Source of the DNA: Camelus dromedarius
Lineage: Eukaryota
Assembly: GCF_036321535.1 (NCBI RefSeq)
Contig: NC_087436.1
Location: 109,184,001 to 109,248,000, forward strand
Length of the DNA stretch: 64,000 nucleotides
Direction of reading: 5' to 3'
Position numbers and translations under genes: made by a program. Of this stretch, positions 1 to 12,846 are shown piece by piece (within the stretch, counting starts at the first letter, position 1; every line of letters begins with the position of its first letter). The notes below the pieces were generated by a model. That model was given only the letters and a program-made list of their open reading frames with translations, did not search any database and was not told the DNA's origin.

Positions 1-843
1 TCTGCAGCCCCATCTCAGCATCTGCCTGAAAAGACTTGTCTGTCATACGCACTGCCAATCAAAGTGCTTTGTTTTGTTTTTGCTTCTGATCCTAGAACAG
101 GCTTTTCACAGTGTAGGAGATAGAATCTCTGGTGTTTGGCTCCCCTCCACTATGCTAATTTTTCCTTGGAAATGTAGGAGCTTGAACTTGGCAAGGACAT
201 TTTTAGTTTTCCCCAGCTACATCCACATCCAGAACTCAATCAAAAGCTTGAGAACACGGAGCACCTTATATTGTGCTGAAATCACTGCCCATTGAGCTTC
301 CTCAAATAAGGTGGACAAACAGAGATTCTGCATTACATCAATCACTTGGTCTTCTGAAGATAATTTCATGCTCTGGCCAGCTGAGGGTCCTGATGTTTTG
401 CTGACTTGTTTGGGACTAAACCATTGAGATTCTGAAGTTCTCCACTATTGCCTGCCAAGTCGGAATGCTGAATTAGAATAGTTGAGAAGATGGCAGGACC
501 AGTGAAAGGATAGACATTATTTAGTTAAAACTGGAAAGAAATAATAATTGGCAGATATTTCTAGAATATTTTTAGTCCAGTTTTGTCCTTCACAACTTGA
601 AATAAGTATTTTGACCCAGATTACACTGACTGGTGATTCTGGTAACATATCTAGGTATGTCTGTCCATTGATTTTCTTCCATACCAATCCCTTCTTTTGT
701 TTTTCCTAAAGACAAAACTCTAACCTAGAATAGATATTGAGGGGGAAGAGTAGGCACTAGGAGTTAAAATTTAGTATCTGGAAGATAGTCTGACAGTGTG
801 TGCTTTTATAAACCTCTCTCATCATGAAAGAAGCTGCTAGCAT

Positions 844-912
844 TCACGTAATACACTGGATCCTTTTGAAATCCTGGGGCAGGAATCCTGTAGGTTTAGA
901 GGCATCGGCATC
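844..912 (-). pseudogene. Candidate terminal exon (H) of a decayed multi-exon gene: DADASKPTGFLPQDFKRIQCIT*
   Basis: Minus-strand acceptor cttctattctcag|GAT; the phase-0 start matches the upstream exon; TGA at 846-844. An alternative shifted frame runs on to 764. Confidence 0.45.
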
Positions 913-1064
913 CTGAGAATAGAAGCAGTGCACATCTGAACCAGATTTAGACCACACAAAAGCCTGACTAAAAGTAATGAGACTCGGCCGATTCGAGAGG
1001 AGTGGAGACGTTACTAGTGTAATTATCAAAGCAGCCTTTTCTATAGTAAGTTGCTTCCGGGTTC

Positions 1065-2390
1065 GGTGTTGAATTTTGTTAGTGCTATAACATACAATTA
1101 AAAGTGCATGAGTCATAAGAAAACAGCTCGATGAAGTTTAACAAAATAAATACACTCATGTAAGAACAGTAAGAAAAAACATTACCAGTAACCCCCTCCC
1201 CCATGACTCTTCTCGGTCATTTATTTCCCTAAAGGGAAACGCAGTGTTGATTCTTTTTACAGCAGGTTAGTTTTGTCTATTTTTAGACTTTACATAAATC
1301 AGATTTTTAGAAAAGAAGTCATGCAATCTATACCTTTTGCACCTGGCATTTTCGGCTCAACATTATGTTTGTAAGCGTCCACGTTGTTGTAAGTAGTCAT
1401 GGCTTATTTTCATTGCATGCTGTGTTCATATCCATGTCATGAATATTCTCCAATTTATTTTTTGTGTTCCACTGTTGATGAAGATTTAGGTTGTTTCCAT
1501 TGGAGGTTTTAAAAATACTGCTCTTATGGACATTTTGGAACACATTTTAAAAAATACGAATCTATATATTTATCTGTTGAGTATATACCTAGAAGTGGAA
1601 ATTTTGGACCATAAGGAATGAATACGTTTAGTTTTAGTGGTCATAACAAAACGGTTTTCCAAACTGGTTGTGTCCATTTATGTCCCAAATGGCAATTTTT
1701 GAGAGTTTCAGTAGTTCTACAGTCCTTGCCAACACTTGGTGTTAAGTTTTTTGGTTTGTTTTTAATGGCCATGTTATTGGATGGGTAATGGCATCTTTCT
1801 GTGGCTTTGATTATCATTGTCCTGATGAACAATGATGTTGAATTTCTTTTTTTCAGAAAAAAGAATATGACACTTTTATTAGTGATGTTGAACATTTTTA
1901 ATGTGTTTATTGGCCATTTGTATATTCTCATTTTGAAGTGCCTAAGACTTTTGTCCCACACCCCCTCACTTTGTTTTATTGGGTTATCGACTCTTTCTTA
2001 TTGATTTATAGAAGCTTTAAAAAATATATAGTTTGTAAATGGCTCCTTCAGTAGTTACACACATTACAAATACTTCTCTCATTTTATTTATGAAATAGTA
2101 TATCTGATGAAGATAATATTTTAAATTTTAATAGAGGTCAAATTCTCATTCTTTTCATTTAAGGTTTCTACTCTAACTGTCTCATTTTTTAAAAATGTGC
2201 CTAACCAAAGATTTTGTAAATATTCTATGACATTTTCAAGAAGTATTACTGTTTGGCATTTCATAGTTGAGTCTTCAATCTACATGAAATTAATTTTTGT
2301 GTCTATCTGAGATAAGGGGTAAGATACAGTTGTTCTCATTTGTAAATCCAACTAATCTAGGACTATTTATTGAAAAGACTGTCACTTCCT
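1065..2390 (-). mobile_element. Old L1 (L1ME/L1MD-like) 3' region, antisense
   Basis: Typical antisense L1 3'UTR/ORF2-end motifs, e.g. gatttaggttgtttcc, tatacctagaagtggaa, ccttgccaacacttgg, ttattgaaaagact; heavily diverged. Confidence 0.85.
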
Positions 2391-2419
2391 TGTGGCAAGG
2401 GAAGAAAGACTACACTACC

Positions 2420-2530
2420 ACACAAAAGCTGAGTCAGTCCTAAAGTGACACACATCACATGCTATTGACTAGACCTAGTCACATGGCCCAGCTAACAGCA
2501 AGAGCATCAAGAGGAGCAAATGACATATTT
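2420..2530. mobile_element. MaLR LTR fragment (MLT1J/K-like)
   Basis: ctagtcacatggcccagctaac resembles the MLT1 core motif. Confidence 0.55.
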
Positions 2531-2954
2531 GTGAATATTATTGCTGCTGTAATATTTGCCAAGATGATAACCACTCGTCTGTCATATGAAAATATACTTT
2601 CTGGATCATTTTACTATTGATGCATTGCAGAGAGTAAATAATAACATATTCCTTTATAAGAAAGAACCCAAGTGGAGACTGATTTTTAAGAATTAGCTAA
2701 AGGTAGGAATAACGTGACAGATTGTTGGTTTCCAAATATCCGATCCTACAGAAGTTTGATTGTGGCCACCAGGTACTACTTATATATCGATACTATCTTC
2801 CACTTGGGTTGAATATAGTAACAGTAGTCTCAATGCTTTCTTGTTGATAACCATAGATTAATTAAAAAAAGAAGTGAAGGAAGGCCAAACAGACAGACAA
2901 GCACAAAGAAAATTATATGGCAGGCACATTGCTTTGCATTTCCACACATCTTAC

Positions 2955-3020
2955 CAGTTAAGTAACAATCATGCGGGAAAATAACAAAAAACCTTCAATG
3001 CTACCAAAACATTGTGATTG
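2955..3020 (-). pseudogene. Candidate exon G (66 nt): QSQCFGSIEGFLLFSRMIVT*L
   Basis: Acceptor tacttttatttag|, strong donor CTG|gtaaga, phase 0->0, one in-frame TAA. Confidence 0.5.
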
Positions 3021-4069
3021 CTAAATAAAAGTACATATATCATTAGCAATGATGTCTCTGTCTTGCTCATATTCCTTAGTATAATACAAAATAACCCAAC
3101 TCCCATAATGAAAATTTTATATTTTCACCTTTTTCATAGACTTCAGAACTTTCTGAAAGTTCTAAAAAAATGATTAAGACAATTCCCTCACTCCGACAGT
3201 TTCACATAAATCTCTCTCAAAGCGAAGCAGAACACTCTAAGCCCTGGAAGGAAATTTTCTTACTTTCTTAAACTCCTAAAACATAGACTATTACTTTATT
3301 ACAAAGTACTTGATTTTATACGTAGTAGGTAGTATATTTATATACTATGTATTGCTGTATATGCTATTATATATCATCCATATATGAATAGTACATGTAT
3401 AGATGTATGTAATTCTAGTTATCATGTGTTAAACTGTCTACACAAGTAAATTGATTATACCTCTGTGGGGAGTAGGGACCATGCTTTAGTTTTTTTGTTT
3501 GTTTTGTTCAGAATACTCATTGCATCTGGTGCAGAACATAAGGAACTCAGTCCATGAAGTATCTCCCTCTGCTCCAACCCCCTGAACCCCTCCGCACCCC
3601 GCCTGTCCATTTCAGACATCAGGGAACTATATACAAACGAGCTCTTCTTTATAAAGGTTGTAAGGCATATTTTTGAAAAATCCTTACAAGGTTTTCATAG
3701 TATTTTATTAACATGAATTCTTTAAATTCTTTTTCTAGTCATCCAGACTCCAAGAATGCTGCAAACAATGCTCAGATTTTTTAGAAAAAAACAGTAATGA
3801 TTTCGGAATAATAGGGCTCCATTATCTAAATACAGATTTTTAAGCTCTTCAGAACCTTTCTCATGCTTGGCTATAATTTTATAACTATAGAGAAACATGC
3901 TGTTTTGTTTAAAAGTATAGGACAGACATGGGTTTATAATGATTCTAAGTTTTCTGGACAACATTTCCTCTTGTCCATTCACTCATTAAACAATTCACTT
4001 AAGAATTTCTTACTGAGTACATGACACTCTAGGTTTTGTGCTAGATTGTCAAGAAACATACATAATAAC

Positions 4070-4297
4070 CAATAACACCCACTGAGCAATTCTTATGTGC
4101 TGGTGTGCTAGGCACTCTTCCAAGAGCTTCCCTTCTATGAACTCTCATTATGCCTAGTAAGTTAACCTTATATGATTCAGAGAATTAAGCTGTTTGCCCA
4201 GGGTCACAGAGCTAGTGAGGGACGGAGGAGAATTTTGAATCAAGGCTGTCTTGTTCCCAAGCCAGAGTCTGTAATCATGTGCTGTTCTGCCTCTACC
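4070..4297 (-). mobile_element. MIR SINE
   Basis: Antisense MIR core: tttgcccagggtcacagagctagtgag...ttttgaatcaaggctgtc. Confidence 0.8.
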
Positions 4298-4447
4298 TCA
4301 GGTTAAGCAGCTAATTAAACTGGTGCTCTAGAAAACGTCTCAGGCTTTAATGTAGAGTAGATTTAAATCATATCTTAGGAAATTTCCTTATTACACTTAA
4401 GAGTTTGCTAAGATACAACAGAAACTAGTACCCCATCCTTAAAAAAT

Positions 4448-4486
<39 letters not shown>
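4448..4486. repeat. (CA)n(TA)n microsatellite
   Basis: Directly visible. Confidence 0.95.
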
Positions 4487-4495
4487 ATATATTAC

Positions 4496-4581
4496 CTGAT
4501 TTCTTTCATCATCAAAGGTGTCATGATCTCTGCTGTTGTGTATGAGTGCATACATTAACAGAAAATGATGCAATTGGAAAA
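4496..4581 (-). pseudogene. Candidate exon F (86 nt): (I)FQLHHFLLMYALIHNSRDHDTFDDERNQ
   Basis: Acceptor aaaccttcacag|, donor CAG|gtaata; phase 1->0; the only open frame of the three. Confidence 0.5.
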
Positions 4582-5011
4582 CTGTGAAGGTTTTAAAACT
4601 TAAGGACAAGTTTTTCAAGGCCACATTTGGACACTATTATGGACAAGCAATCCTCATTGGAGAAAAATTAAAACTTAAAGTCTGTGTGGTCCAAAGAAAA
4701 AAATCTTCCAAACTTCACAGCTGTGTTTTGTTTGCTTTTTTTTTTTTTTTTTAAACACCACCATTGACTTGTCTTCAACTTCTGCATTGGACTAACCATT
4801 TCTAGAATGGCAAACAACTCTAGCATCGCAAATTAAAATTTAAAATTTTATATAAGCTCTGCACCTGCAAAAGGCCCTGAAAAGGAAGGCTCTGTGAATC
4901 AAATGCTTTGCTAACAGCACGTATCTGTATCAAAATCACAGTACTTTCTTCCTTAATAAAGTCCTCCTTCCTTTGCTAATTAAGACAGTACCAAATAAAT
5001 AAATAAGTTAC

Positions 5012-5079
5012 TTATTCAGTCATGAGCGCTGAATGCTCCCAGTAGGTAGTCTTTCCACAATTCAATTTCCCCAGTGGGA
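5012..5079 (-). pseudogene. Candidate exon E (68 nt): (S)PTGEIELWKDYLLGAFSAHD*I
   Basis: Strong acceptor ttgttgtttcatttcctcttctag|, weak donor TAA|gtaact; phase 2->1 bridges exons D and F exactly; one TGA at 5018-5016. Confidence 0.5.
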
Positions 5080-5553
5080 CTAGAAGAGGAAATGAAACAA
5101 CAAATTGTACTCTTGATGAACTAAGCAGAAGCTGCTGTTCTACAGGGAGTCCTGCTAGGTCAATCAGTTCATCGTGCTAACAGAATAGCAATCCAGAAAC
5201 CAATGCCCCGGCAACAAAAGTTCAAAAAAGTGAAGTTCAATGGCCTCTCGTAACACTGTCTCCAGGGGAAACTCCTGGAAATTGGTGTGTGGTTTGCCAA
5301 CAGTATTTGAATACATGATACTAAGCAAAGATTCATGTTAAGTCAAATTAGAAGCATTACTGCATCACTGAGTATCTACCTTATATACTTACCTCTATAC
5401 GTATTTTCATTAAATGACACTTACTTGTGTTTCCCGAGTCAACTTAAGTAAAAATGGTATGAAATAGCAATATTTTAAATTGTTACTGTTTCTCCAGCTT
5501 TCCAATTGCATATTTTAACTCCCTAAAATAAAATATAGCTGGCCTTCCTTTTT

Positions 5554-6000
5554 AAATTTTTTTAATTAAAATAATTTTTATTGAAGTAGTTAATTTACAA
5601 TGTGCTAATTTCAGGTGTACAGCAAAGTGATTTCAGATTCTTTTCCATTATAGGTTATTACAAGATATTGAATATAGTTCCTTGTGCTATATAGTAAGTC
5701 CTTGTTGTTTATCTATTTTATATATAGTAGTGGATATCTATTAATCCCAAACTCTTAGTTTATCCCTCTCTCCCCTGCTTTCCCCTTTAGTAATCATAAA
5801 TTTGTTTTCTGTGTGAGTCTATTTCTGTTTTGTAAATAAATTCATTTGTATCATTTTTTTCAGATTCTACATATAAGTGATCTTATGTGATATTTGTCTT
5901 TCTCTGTCTGACTTAGTTCACTTAGTATGATAATCTCTAGGCCCATCCATGTTGCTGCAAATAACATTATTTGATTCTTTTTATGGCTGAGTAATATTCC

Positions 6001-6044
<44 letters not shown>

Positions 6045-6272
6045 TATAAAATACCACATCTTTATCTGTTCATCTGTTGATGGACATTTAGTTTGTTTCC
6101 ATTATCTTGGCTATTGTAAATAGTGCTGCTGTGAACACTGGGATGCACGTATCTCTTCAAATAAAAAGAGTTTTCATCTTTTCCGAATATATGCCCAGGA
6201 GTGGGATTGCTGGATCATATGATAACCTTATTTTTAGTTTTCTAAGGAACCTACATACTGTTTTCCATAGTG
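5554..6272 (-). mobile_element. 5'-truncated artiodactyl/camelid-type L1 with TSD
   Basis: Antisense 3'UTR and ORF2 end. Flanking direct repeats agctggccttccttttt (from 5537) and agctagccttcattttt (from 6273) end at a TTTT/AA endonuclease site. Confidence 0.92.
6007..6040. repeat. (CA)n microsatellite inside L1
   Basis: Directly visible. Confidence 0.95.
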
Positions 6273-6735
6273 AGCTAGCCTTCATTTTTAACAATCTCAA
6301 CTATTTTAAAAATGTATATGTCTACAAAATAACATATTTTAGATCTAAATGGAATTGGATGTGAACAGTTATTAAATACATTTTTATAATTAAAATAAGG
6401 TAGATACTTCCCTTAAGAAATCTGAGAATTTTAAATGAACAAATGTTTTGTAAAATCACTACTGTTGTATTTATAGACTATTTAGAGCTTACACAGTGCT
6501 TCCACTTGTATTACCTTTTTGAGTATCTTGATATTTTGTTTTAAAACTGTAAGTGTATCTAAGTCAAATTCTTCACCATGTTTTAACTTAAAAAGTTTGC
6601 TCTCTTATAATTTTCCACATTTAAATCTTTATTTCAAAGTTAAAAAGAATACTAACAGCTTTTTATGTAGGCGTTTAATTTTTTTTTTTTTTTATTGAGA
6701 CTGAAAATGGGTCAGTGCTGCTGTCCTCATCTTAC

Positions 6736-7031
6736 CTAAAGGAAATGAAGAGCCACGATGAGAAAGGGCACTCACTGATAACTGGTGAAGCTTGAAAAAC
6801 CCTTCGTCCTCTGAGTTCCAGACTCCCACTTGCATTGTTGAAATATATCAACCCAGCAATGGATGAACCAGCACACGCTGAACTATTCTGGATGCTGAAG
6901 GTGAAATGTGTGGGGCAGAAAGTATGGAAGTGTGGGGTGAAGGTAATCGGTTGGGCAATGAGTTTGCTAAAACTAACATCCCACATTATCCACTGTAAGC
7001 AGATTGTTTTTTCCTCAGTATAGCAATAATG
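6736..7031 (-). pseudogene. Candidate exon D (296 nt, or 257 nt from an alternative acceptor at 6992): HYCYTEEKTICLQWIMWDVSF...SSWLFISF
   Basis: 98 open codons in unique sequence, donor TAG|gtaaga, phase 0->2. Both candidate acceptors have weak pyrimidine tracts. Confidence 0.55.
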
Positions 7032-7769
7032 CTAAATCCCTTTTATTTCTTTAATGAGATATGTAATAAATATTCAGTGTATAAACTGAATACAGGTAAC
7101 TAAAAATGTACTACATAACAACAATAAAAACGAATTAATAAATATGAAACATGGAAATTTTCATTTTTAATGAGAAACAGAATTAGTATTGTCTTTATAA
7201 CTTTGCTCTTACTAAAACAAATACAGCTAGTACTATTGTTATATATTACATATATAACAGATAATTCAAGTTTTACACAGATAATTTAATTCTTTTTCAT
7301 TTCTGACTTAAGCAATAACTTTTACACAATTTTCTTAGGTACAGTAAAAACAACTTGATAATGGTATTAAGGGCAGATTTAAGCCTTGGGAGATTTTTGA
7401 TTCAAATTTTGGGTTCCAGCATCTTTCCAGTCATGTGACTCTAAGCATTTTATTTACTCACTGTTCCCACTGTCCCATCCTTCAGGGCCCATCCTCCCGT
7501 TTCTCCCTCGTATCCTCTCAGGTACTTCCAGGAGCTGTGTTGTTCCTCTGCCCCTCAGGGCTCAGTGTCCCCAGCTTCCCACTTCTCCCTCCTTCCCTCC
7601 TTCCCTCCAGATTAAAAAAGAGGAACATATTCTAAGATCACCAATCAAATGAGACAAGAGTGAAGCAAATATTTTAAAATAAAAATGTTAGAAATTAAAA
7701 AGAAATCTAAGCACCTCATAAAACAATACTAAGAGCCCACTGATAAAATAATAATTAATTTAAAAAACG

Positions 7770-7940
7770 CATATTTATTAAATATGATGCTTTAGGTACT
7801 AGGTAAATGTTTCACATGCATTGACTTGTTCAATCTTCATTCCCAACCTGTGAGATGGGTATTATTAGGGTCCCACTTTTAGATGAAAAATCAGGGAGCC
7901 TAAGTAAGCTGGTCAAAGACCCACACTTAGGGATCAGATG
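7770..7940 (-). mobile_element. MIR SINE
   Basis: aacctgtgagatgggtattattagggtcccacttttagatgaaaaa matches the antisense MIR core. Confidence 0.75.
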
Positions 7941-8699
7941 CACACCACAGACTCCATTCATAACTTCTCCATTATATCAGATGGGAGAACACAGTTTAGA
8001 TTTGGGGCTAAAAAGGATCTTTTACCTTCCGCTCTAAATCAAGATCTTAGAACTGCTCACTCGAGTGTGTCTGCTGAGATATCACCGAGCTGGTTATGGC
8101 GAACCCACACCCTGGCTGCATGGATGGGGGCGCACGTCCGCTGGATGGAGCAGGGGAGAGTCAGCACAGGCAGAAGGCCTTCCCAGTTGAAGAGCACACC
8201 CTTCCAGCTCTGCCTCTCACCCAGAAACATGATGCATGGAGCATCCACCAAACAGAAGGGCGAGCAAATGGAGGAGAAAGCCAGGAGGCGGGGAGTCACA
8301 AAGGAATCAGCCAGATTGGCTCTTACTTTTGAGGTACAAAATTCTGGTCTGACAGCAAAACTTGTTTCAACAAATATTTAGCTCTGACCAACACAATTAA
8401 CTAGAGTTCATCCCAAGAATCGGATGGAGAGACAATGTTCTTTCAACACAGTGTCTCTGTGGTGACAGCGGCATGATGAGATGCGAGAATCATTCACTTC
8501 TTACCAACCACTTCTTCTCCTTTCTTCCTTTGTATCACACCTGTCTGACTTCAATTTCACCCTTACTCAGAAGATGATAACGGGTGAAGACAATGATGAC
8601 AAAGATGAAGCCCATCCAGCTTGGATGCAGTGGTTCATCCTTGCAACCATAGCCTCTCCAGTAACTTAGACTCACTTTTGTCTGGGGATTTTATTGCAA

Positions 8700-10690
8700 A
8701 TGCCCTAAAGTCCCCAAAATACCTATCTTCTCTGTACATGCATCTTAGCTGCTGAGTACTCATGGAACAATCTCAGAGTCAGCTAGCATCTGTATAAAAT
8801 GTATGGTCACCACCTTTGAGCAGGATTTACCAGTGCATGGTGATACATGTGTCTGTCTAGTCAGCTCTCTCATTCTCTGGTTCTCCTGCTCTGAACCTCT
8901 CAACTCTTCTCCAACTCCTGGACCCCACTCCACTGGCCTTCCTCATACTCTACAGAAGCAATTGCTTTCTATTCACCAAGGAAATGGAGAGGCGTTAAAC
9001 AGAAACTCTCTTAATGTCCAACATCTGAATCTATGAGCTGACCAACTTCTGCACGGCACCTGTCCCTTACTTCTGTGTTCTGCATCCCTCTTACCTCCTC
9101 AGGACCCTGGAGATGTCTACTACCAACCTTCTCCTGTACCTTTAGTCACTCTCTCCTTTTGACTCCTTTCCATAAGGGAGAAAATCTTACCTCCCGTCTT
9201 GCAACAAAAACAAAAACACATAAACTCTTTCAATTCCCTTTCCTCTTCTAGACAATCGCATTTGCTCAATTTACTCATTTTTTCCAAGGTCAAGTATCAA
9301 ACAAGAGTTGTTTATTCTTTGTTTCTTCACTTCCTGCTTCCTCTAATAGTTCTACTCTAACCACTTTTCCTGGTGTGTTCTTACTACAGTTAATTTGGCC
9401 TCAATATCCATTTCACTAAACCATGAAATATACTTAGCTCTCATTGTACTTGACCTAACAGCAGTATTCACCCTGTGGGCCCACTCCCTCCTCCTTCAAA
9501 ACTTCCTTTCCTAGACATCTGACGTACCACATTCCCACTTCTCTCTTTAGCTTCCCTGATTAGTTCCTCCCTCTTTAACTGATCATTGGATGCTGGCTTT
9601 TTTTCAGGCATTAGGTGTTCTTCTTTTTTATTCTGTATCTTTCCCTACACTGTAACCCAATCTACCTGTGTGTCTTCCATTTCCATCCCTATGTTTATGG
9701 CCTGTAGATTTATACTGTAGTCGAGAGCTTTCTTCTGCACTCCAGAACCATATACCCATCTTAACGTTTCCTTCGCTCCACAGTAGTCCAGACCTAATTT
9801 GAAGAGAAAAAAATAAAACTTCAGTGCTAAACTTATAAACTTCCCCACAACCAAAACTCTGCCTCATCCTATATTCCACATCTCATATGCGCAAACCAGA
9901 GCCCTGGGAACCATAGTACTCTCATCTCTCTTTCTATCCATCAATCCCCAAATTTTACAAATCCTCTCTTCTAAAGATTCTAAAAGTATCTACCTTCCTT
10001 CTTTCCAAGAGCCATCCTTCTAGGCCAAGATGCAATAATCTCTCTCCTGCATTACTGAATTGCCTCCTGTTGGCTCTCTCTGCATCCCAGCTCCGATTCA
10101 ATCAGTCTTCCCCACAGTAGTCACAGTAATCATCAAAATAAGATGCATAGGATTTACAGGTATGCTTATTAAATCACACTCACACAGTTGGAAAGTACAG
10201 AATGTTAAAGTGAAACCCCCTTTAAAAACATAACCCTAATATTTCACTTTCATGCAAGTAAGAAAACAAAAAACACAAACGAAAAGACTTAGGGTGCATC
10301 AAGTCACTTTCCTTAACAGGAACTCTGAGTTCTACGAGTTCAGTCCCTGGCGTCACGTCACACCTGTATTTCTCTACAGTCAGTACACACACCACGTAAA
10401 CTCCCACAGCCCATACTTTCTCCCTGGTTCTTCTCCTCCTCGGGTAGCTCACACTGTCACTCTTGGATCTCAGCTTACTACAGCACTTCAATTAGGGCGG
10501 CTTTTGCAGCTCAGTACCAGGAGAGGTGCCCTCCTTTACAGTCCGATATCACTGTAACTTTTTCTTTGCAGTAATTATTTGTTTGATACAAATCTCGCCC
10601 TCCAGCGTGTAAGCTGCCTGGAGGCTTAATAACTGCACCTGTCTTAATATTTGATACCTATTAGATACTCAAAGAACACTGACTGACTAA
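8700..10690 (+). mobile_element. L2 LINE, fragmented 3' portion
   Basis: Pyrimidine-rich L2 ORF2 motifs (tacttgacctaacagcagtattcac...ccactccctcctcc at ~9445-9500) and an L2 3' tail near 10600-10690. Confidence 0.75.
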
Positions 10691-10964
10691 GTCTCTAAAA
10701 AGGAGAGTAGATTCAAGTAATGTAGGTTAACTGTCAACATACTATGTGAGACATACTTCGTATAGGTTTTAAATAGGATCTAATCTCGTCTTAACTGTAT
10801 CATCAATTTAACTACTTCATTTGGTAAAACAGTTCTGTCATCTAACCCTAAGTTTAAGCTCCCTATCATGAGAATAGCACTACATAAGGATAAAATGTCA
10901 TTCCCACTGATACTCATATAACGGCAGGCACACTGAAAAGAACCGGGTAAAGATGCAGATGAAT

Positions 10965-11190
10965 TATGATGTTAGCGAACACTCACAAGGCACTTAATAT
11001 GTTCAGTTATTGCTCGGATCATTTTACATATATTGATCTAATCAAGACTCCTGACTTCCTGTGAGGTAGATACCATTATCGACCCCTTTTATAGGTGCAA
11101 AAATTGAGGGTCAGAGAGTTTAGCACTTGGCCTAGGGTCACTCAGCTCATAAATGGCAAAGCCAGCACTTAAACCCAGACTATCCTGTGT
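10965..11190 (-). mobile_element. MIR SINE
   Basis: cctgtgaggtagataccattatc...aaattgagggtcagagag...agggtcactcagct. Confidence 0.85.
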
Positions 11191-12029
11191 TGCTTCAGAC
11201 CTAAGACTGTGGGGTGGGCACTGTAATTATAATATGAATCCAATTAATATTATTCCATAATTTGAACAGAGCATTTTTCTTAAACCAAATAGCACAGTAT
11301 TGAGAATTTACAGTCTGCTACTTACTTCTGCTTTTTAAATAATCCAGCCATAGTATGAAAAGAATAAAGTTTAACTTCCCCATTAATGAAGCATTTGATA
11401 TAGAAAACACATTTCTTATAAATTTTACCATGTTGAATATTTTTCATATTAGTCTTAGCTTAATATTAAGATGCTTATCATTTTTACAAGATTGTGCATA
11501 TGCCACAAAGCACGTTTGTATTATCCTAAAACTAACCCTTGATTTAATGTTCTATATTTTGACTCAATGATAATCTTATGTGTTTACCATGGCTAAAACT
11601 TTCAATTAATTTAAAATATAACTAAAATCAATTTATAATAACATTATCCAAAGGATAGGTATTACTGACTAAGCTACACATAAATAGAATTGAAATATAT
11701 CCCAGATGATTTACAGAATATAATGAAACATACTTGGTTCCAGGGTTTCTGGAAGTTGTAATTGACCATTGACACAGGAATCCACAGACTAGCAGAATGG
11801 AATATATGCATAAACAGCAACACTGAAACCGAGAATCAATATACGAAAGAACAGCATGTTATATTAGGAGCTGGGGAACAACAACAACAGCAACAAAACA
11901 GTACACACTTGGGTTAAAAAATCAGAGACTATTGTCTGGCAGCTAGATAATAAAGTCCCCTGTGGAAGTCTAGCTGATAGGAGATAGCCCAACTTAAAGT
12001 GCACAAAGCATCCCCTAAAATTCTGGCCA

Positions 12030-12660
12030 TAATGCTACATCTACCTCCTTGATTCTCTGTGGTCCTCTCAAACACTGCATTCTCTATTATCTTTTTCAAA
12101 CTCCAAATTCTGGGGCCATTTGTACCATCTACGTCTACTTCCTTAAGTCTCATAACTCTTGAACCCACTTCAGACTATGCTGCAAAAGTTCAGCTGGATC
12201 TATTGAAGCCAACACGGCCAAACCAAATGCAAAGACTCTCTCATTTGACCTCTCTACAAGGAAACATAATAAAACCAACAGAAACCTGGCTTTTCTTGAA
12301 ACATTCACCTCCTCAGTTTTCTTTCAGTCTTTCCTGGGTCCTCCACTAGCTCTTCATTGTTCTCCTTCTTGATCACATTCTAAGCAGGGCTCTTAGCTAC
12401 TTTCATGCTGTCTCTTTTCACAAGACCTTTCTCCTGAGCTCTGTCATCCCAACTGAAAAGTCCCATGGACATGTCTCCATGGGTACTTCACAGATGCCTC
12501 AAACACAACACATCAGAAATTGAAATCTTCCTCTACCATCTCAACAGTGCTCTTTTATTCAAGATCTAAATGCATAAATGTTTGCACCATCCATACGGTT
12601 ACAAGAGCCAGAAATTTGGGGGTCATACCTGAGTCCTCTCTCTCTTTAGTATCCATGTGA
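12030..12660 (+). mobile_element. L2 fragment
   Basis: ctcatttgacctctctaca..., cagatgcctcaaacacaacacatcagaaattgaa. Confidence 0.7.
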
Positions 12661-12699
12661 ACTGAGTTCTTGATCACAGCTGGGATAATGTGTCCAATT

Positions 12700-12846
12700 T
12701 TGACAGCCACATGTGATAGAAAAATTAACTTGGAACTGTGTGCGGGAGCAGAGTGGCTCTATGGGAACTGCCTGAATTTTCTGTTCAATGTTTCTAAACA
12801 TCTGAAACTACTCTGAAAAAATTAAAACCTATTAATTGAAAAAAAA
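12700..12846 (+). mobile_element. L1MC/MD-type 3' terminus
   Basis: atgggaactgcctgaattttctgttcaatgtttctaaacatctgaaactactct followed by an A-tail. Confidence 0.7.

Noticed and set aside
3145..3163. Inverted repeat agaactttc-t-gaaagttct resembling a heat-shock element
   Set aside because: The central spacing is one base short of the nGAAn pentamer register; a short palindrome like this is expected by chance.
7938..8381. 147-aa plus-strand ORF with overlapping ORFs in other frames
   Set aside because: It starts in or next to a MIR remnant in a locally GC-richer patch that is open in several frames; no recognisable domain.
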